Shown one piece after another: positions 60,571 to 64,000 of a stretch of 64,000 nt of DNA. Under the pieces are notes generated by a model, which had not been told where the DNA came from, did no database searches, and saw nothing but the letters and a program-made list of their open reading frames with translations. This stretch comes from an uncultured delta proteobacterium (lineage in GTDB: Bacteria > Myxococcota_A > Polyangia > Polyangiales > Houyiibacteriaceae). The stretch spans positions 160,001-224,000 of the forward strand of contig CAVOVB010000010.1 of assembly GCA_963699755.1 (NCBI GenBank), given 5' to 3'. Made by a program: the position numbers and the translations under genes. How positions within the stretch are numbered: the first letter of the stretch is position 1; each line of letters opens with the position of its first letter.

Positions 60571-61476
60571 ATGATGCTTGCAGCCGAGGTAGCGCGCTGG
60601 TTCGTCTGGCTGGTGGCTTTCGCGTGGGGTGCCGCCTGGGGGAGCTTCTTCAACGTCGCGATCTACCGCTGGCCGCGGGGCATGTCGGTGGTACGTCCGC
60701 CGAGTCATTGCCCCGGTTGTGGGGAGCCGATTCGGGTGTGGAACAACGTACCGATTCTCGGCTGGCTCTTCTTGCGCGGAAAGGCCTCCTGTTGCGGCAC
60801 TGCGATCTCGCCACGCTATCCGCTCGTCGAGCTTCTGACCGCAGTCCTTTGCGTTGCGATTTCGGAGATCTGGATCGTCCGAGCTCCTCCGGGAACGCTT
60901 CTCCTTCACGCCACCATCGAAACGATTCTCTACTTCGTGTTTGCGGGCGGACTCCTGATCGCCACTTTCGTCGATCTCGAATGGCTCGAGATCCCCGACG
61001 AGGTGAGCCTGCCCTGCGCGGCGCTCGGCCTGATGAGCGCTCCGCTTCGCACCGAGCCTGGACTCTGGTCCTCCGCGGTCGGCGCAGGTGCCGCCTACCT
61101 CGTGGTGCAGTTGGTCTTCGTCTGGGGTTACGAGCACATCGCCGGGCGCCGGGGCATGGGCGAAGGGGATTCGAAGCTCCTGCTCATGATCGGCGCGTTT
61201 CTGGGGTGGAAAGGCGCGCTCTTCAGCGTTGTCGCGGGGTCCCTGCAAGGGCTGCTGTTCGCGGCCTTCGCCCTGGTCACCGGGCGAAAACTGATGCCGG
61301 AGATCGACGAACGCGTCATCGATGGGGAAGTGATCGAGGCGCCCGAGGAGCCCGACGCCAGTCGCTTCGGACAACTCAAGCTTCCATTTGGGCCGTTTCT
61401 TGCCCTAGGCGCTCTCGAGTACCTTCTCGCCGGAGACGCGATTCTGTCTTGGTACTTCGGCCTCCTGCAACGCTAG
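60571..61476 (+). CDS. pilD: Type IV prepilin peptidase
   Basis: GSFFNV.IYR.P, SHCPGC, ISPRYPLVE, D....IPD, GMGEGD.KL, PFGPFL. Start may be ATG 60574. Confidence 0.94.
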   Translation: MMLAAEVARWFVWLVAFAWGAAWGSFFNVAIYRWPRGMSVVRPPSHCPGCGEPIRVWNNVPILGWLFLRGKASCCGTAISPRYPLVELLTAVLCVAISEIWIVRAPPGTLLLHATIETILYFVFAGGLLIATFVDLEWLEIPDEVSLPCAALGLMSAPLRTEPGLWSSAVGAGAAYLVVQLVFVWGYEHIAGRRGMGEGDSKLLLMIGAFLGWKGALFSVVAGSLQGLLFAAFALVTGRKLMPEIDERVIDGEVIEAPEEPDASRFGQLKLPFGPFLALGALEYLLAGDAILSWYFGLLQR

Positions 61477-61480
61477 ACGT

Positions 61481-61783
61481 CTAGCGTCGGTACCCGCCGC
61501 GGCCACCACCACCGCCGCCGCCGCCGCCGCCGCCCTCACGCTCGCGCGCAAGGTCGACGCGAATGGTACGGCCGCCAAGCGAGGCGCCGTCCATCTGATC
61601 GCGGGCTGCCGCAGCGGCCTCTTCCGTACTGAAGGTCACGAACCCGAAGCCACGCGAACGTCCGGTCTCGCGATCGCTTACAACCTTGGCGTCTGTAACC
61701 TCACCGAACGGGGCGAATGCATCCTGAAGGTCTTCAGTGGTCGTGGCCCAGGCCAGGCCCCCGCAAAACAGTCTCTTACTCAT
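61481..61783 (-). CDS. RRM RNA-binding protein with a Gly-rich tail
   Basis: RNP2 LFCGGL, RNP1 RGFGFVTF, DRETGRS, C-terminal poly-Gly/RGG. Confidence 0.93.
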   Translation of the reverse strand: MSKRLFCGGLAWATTTEDLQDAFAPFGEVTDAKVVSDRETGRSRGFGFVTFSTEEAAAAARDQMDGASLGGRTIRVDLAREREGGGGGGGGGGGRGGYRR

Positions 61784-61834
61784 GGTCAACTCTTTCACTG
61801 TGCAGCTGAAACGGCGCCGTGCCGAGGCAGTGCT

Positions 61835-62200
61835 TCAATTCGATTCCGGCTTGCCGGATGCGCTCGATTGTACAGCTTGGAACCGATCCCACAAGGCCGG
61901 GGTCGACTGCTCACCCAAACTGGCCTTGTAGTCTTCGTCTTTCGCCCGGCCCTGGAGCTTGGCGATCTCGCCGATGAGCTTCTCACGGGAACCGACGTTC
62001 TTGCTGACCGCTTCGAAGACCTTCTCGAGATGGAGGAGCTTCTTGTTGGACACGTGATCCAAGCCCTTTTCTTCGCTCAAGCGCTCGAGCCAGAGGTCTT
62101 TGCCAGCGACCTTCTTGACGGCAGCGACCAGTTTCTCTTTCGCCTTCTTCGGGTCCTCTCCGAAGCGCGCTTTCACAATCGATAGGGGGGACTTGCTCAT
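61835..62200 (-). CDS. Small Lys-rich hypothetical protein
   Basis: 121-aa ORF from MSKSPL (ATG 62200), 19 Lys, coding-like codon usage. Confidence 0.75.
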   Translation of the reverse strand: MSKSPLSIVKARFGEDPKKAKEKLVAAVKKVAGKDLWLERLSEEKGLDHVSNKKLLHLEKVFEAVSKNVGSREKLIGEIAKLQGRAKDEDYKASLGEQSTPALWDRFQAVQSSASGKPESN

Positions 62201-62340
62201 CAGGTGCACCTTCGCACCAAGACACCAGGTTTTCTGGGCTTTGGAGGGCCCGGAGTAGCACGGAGGCCCTCCTGCGCAAGCCGCCAAGCCCGTCCTCGCG
62301 GATTGAAATCAGCCGTGTAGAGCCTCGATAGAGGCCTCGC

Positions 62341-62384
62341 TTGACGATTATTCACAGCACTGTTACTAACAACACTGTGAATAA
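62341..62384 (+). promoter_or_regulatory. Putative sigma70 promoter overlapped by a 37-bp palindromic operator
   Basis: TTGACG (62341-62346) - 17 nt - TACTAA (62364-62369). Perfect 10-bp arms TTATTCACAG (62348-62357) / CTGTGAATAA (62375-62384) plus inner TGTTA/TAACA, all centred on 62366. Confidence 0.7.
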
Positions 62385-63051
62385 CCAGCGACTCAGTCGA
62401 ATCCAGGCGGTTTCCGGACTCCTCTTCTCCCTCTTCGCCCTGGTTCACCTCAGCAATACCGCCCTCGCGGTGCTGGGACCCGATCTATACGACGGCTTCC
62501 AGCGCTCGGTTCGGCGCTTCTACCAGTGGCCGCTCCTCGAGGTCGCCCTCGTCACGACCCTCGTCGTTCACACCGGCGCCGGCGTGCTGCGCATCCGCGG
62601 ACGGCGCGGTGGCAGGGCAAAGCCTCCGCTTCGACTCCGGCTCCACCGGTATGCAGCCTATTGCCTCGCCCTCTTCGTGTTCGGCCACATGGCGGCGACC
62701 CGGCTGCCTGCGCTGCTCGTCGATGCGCCGCCGTTCTTTGGGGGCGTGTCGTTCTCCCTCCACTACCTGCCCTGGTTCTTCTTTCCGTACTACGCGCTGC
62801 TCGGAATCGCTGGCCTTTACCATTTACTCTACGGCGTTCCGGTGGCGCTGGGCGTACTCGGCATCCGCGCGCCGCAAGCGATGCGTCGAGGCCCGGGCTT
62901 TTGGATTCCGGTCAGCGCAGGGGCGGCCATGATCGTCGTGGCTCTTCTGGGTTTTGGTGGCGCGCTCTACGAGATCGACGACCCGTTCGACAACGACTTT
63001 GCGCGCGCCTACGAGACGGCCGCGGCGTACTTCTGCGGCGAGGCGAAGTAG
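62377..63051 (+). CDS. His-containing integral membrane protein (MCP1/DUF1691-like or cytochrome b-like)
   Basis: About 5 TM helices with LVHLSN, VVHTGAG, FGHMAATR, LYHLLYG. GTG 62377 preferred over TTG 62341, which lies in the -35 box. Confidence 0.7.
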   Translation: MNNQRLSRIQAVSGLLFSLFALVHLSNTALAVLGPDLYDGFQRSVRRFYQWPLLEVALVTTLVVHTGAGVLRIRGRRGGRAKPPLRLRLHRYAAYCLALFVFGHMAATRLPALLVDAPPFFGGVSFSLHYLPWFFFPYYALLGIAGLYHLLYGVPVALGVLGIRAPQAMRRGPGFWIPVSAGAAMIVVALLGFGGALYEIDDPFDNDFARAYETAAAYFCGEAK

Positions 63052-63053
63052 CG

Positions 63054-63653
63054 ATGGGACGACCCAAAGACGCGGACCCGGAGCGAACCCGGCTCACCAT
63101 CCTAAACGCTGCCGAAGACGAGTTCGCAGAGCACGGTTTCCATGGGACCCGAATGGTGGCGATCGCCGAGCGCGCCGGGGTCACACACGGGCTGCTTCAC
63201 TACTACTTCGACTCCAAGGATCGGCTGTACGAAGAAGTGGTCGGGCGTCTCTTTCGCCGCCATCTCCGCCTGTTCGAACGGCTGGCTTCCGATGGAGCCG
63301 TGGTTTCGGCGCGCGACCTCGTCCTGCAAAGCTTCGATCTGTTCTGGGAATACCCCAATCAGGTGCGGATCATGCTCTGGGAGATGGCCTCGGGCGATGA
63401 CCGCGTGGAACGCTCGATGAAAGACTTCTACGACGGGATGGCGCGAGCCCTCGCGACCCTGCCGGCAAAAGCCCCATCGACCGAGCCCGGGCGAGACCCG
63501 CGCGATGTATACGTGTCGATACTCGGGGCGCTGGTCGTCTACTTCTTTCGCGACCCCGCCATCAAGAGGCTGTTCGGGGAGGAGCGTTTCACCGAAGCGG
63601 ACCGGAAACGCAGGCGAGCACACATGGGCGCGCTCCTCGACTTGTTGCTTTGA
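63054..63653 (+). CDS. TetR/AcrR family transcriptional regulator
   Basis: MGRPK...ILNAA..EFAEHGF.GT....IAERAGVT.GLLHYYF.SKD.LY. Confidence 0.95.
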   Translation: MGRPKDADPERTRLTILNAAEDEFAEHGFHGTRMVAIAERAGVTHGLLHYYFDSKDRLYEEVVGRLFRRHLRLFERLASDGAVVSARDLVLQSFDLFWEYPNQVRIMLWEMASGDDRVERSMKDFYDGMARALATLPAKAPSTEPGRDPRDVYVSILGALVVYFFRDPAIKRLFGEERFTEADRKRRRAHMGALLDLLL

Positions 63654-63704
63654 GCGACTGTCCGGTGGATTCGGTCTGCCTGGCGCAGTAGAGTCAGCCC
63701 GTTC

Positions 63705-64000
63705 ATGGGCGCCGAATTCGTTCACCTGCACGTTCACAGCGAGTTCTCGATGTTGGACGGGGCCATTCGGATTCCGCAGCTCGTCGAGAGCGTCGGGAAA
63801 ATGGACATGCCCGCGGTCGCCCTGACCGACAACGGCAACATGTTCGGGGCCGTCCAACTGGTGCGCGCGTGCACGAAGACCAAGGTCAAGCCGATACTCG
63901 GCTGCGAAGTGAGCTTCACGTCCGGCGACCGGCGCGACCCCAGCAATCACGAGCTCCATCACTTACTGCTGCTCGCCAGCTCGCAGGAGGGCTACCAGAA
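63705..64000 (+). CDS. dnaE: DNA polymerase III alpha subunit, N-terminal PHP domain (truncated by the window)
   Basis: Manual translation: MGAEFVHLHVHSEFSMLDGAIRI...PAVALTDNGNMFGAV...KPILGCEV...HLLLLA..QEGYQ. Confidence 0.92.
   Translation, partial: MGAEFVHLHVHSEFSMLDGAIRIPQLVESVGKMDMPAVALTDNGNMFGAVQLVRACTKTKVKPILGCEVSFTSGDRRDPSNHELHHLLLLASSQEGYQ

Noticed and set aside
61503..61534. CCA/CCG trinucleotide run
   Set aside because: Encodes the poly-Gly tail of the RRM protein; not a separate repeat element or CRISPR.
1..64000. Mobile elements, prophage, defence systems, CRISPR, rRNA/tRNA
   Set aside because: No such genes, repeat-spacer arrays or sufficiently long unexplained intergenic regions seen; coding density is near-continuous.

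Overview
A gene-dense, high-GC (roughly 65% by eye) bacterial chromosome segment with about 56 protein-coding genes. I found no rRNA, tRNA, tmRNA, CRISPR array, transposase, integrase or prophage. The gene repertoire (Hanks Ser/Thr kinase, CxxDxDC Cys-rich lipoprotein, TPR-cNMP protein, RRM protein, orphan histidine kinases) suggests a Myxococcota (Polyangiales-like) organism; this is inference. Most genes are housekeeping: ppdK (cut by the left edge), comEC, fumC, argH, lysA, fabH-like, mtnA, gatCAB, trmL, a FadN-like gene plus thiolase, gloA, lpdA, lipB, glpD, cysC, mltG, ruvX, thrC, smpB, comF, rlmH, rsfS, proAB, pilD and dnaE (cut by the right edge). I did not find a self-contained novel multi-gene system. 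The most notable observations are: (1) a full-length P1B-ATPase homolog that has lost every catalytic and metal-transport motif but keeps the nucleotide-binding HP motif and an N-terminal Cys cluster; (2) a -10-like TAnnnT/CAnnnT hexamer 6-10 nt upstream of many start codons that lack a clear Shine-Dalgarno, suggesting widespread leaderless or near-leaderless mRNAs; (3) a YghO/bacterial-ceramide-synthase-like GNAT protein coupled to fumC; (4) a 37-bp palindromic operator over the promoter of a His-rich MCP1/DUF1691-like membrane protein and a TetR gene; (5) gatCA separated from gatB by an inverted diguanylate cyclase; (6) further degenerate folds (AMMECR1-like, GTPase-like, PilZ-like). All family assignments come from motif recognition by eye, not from database searches.
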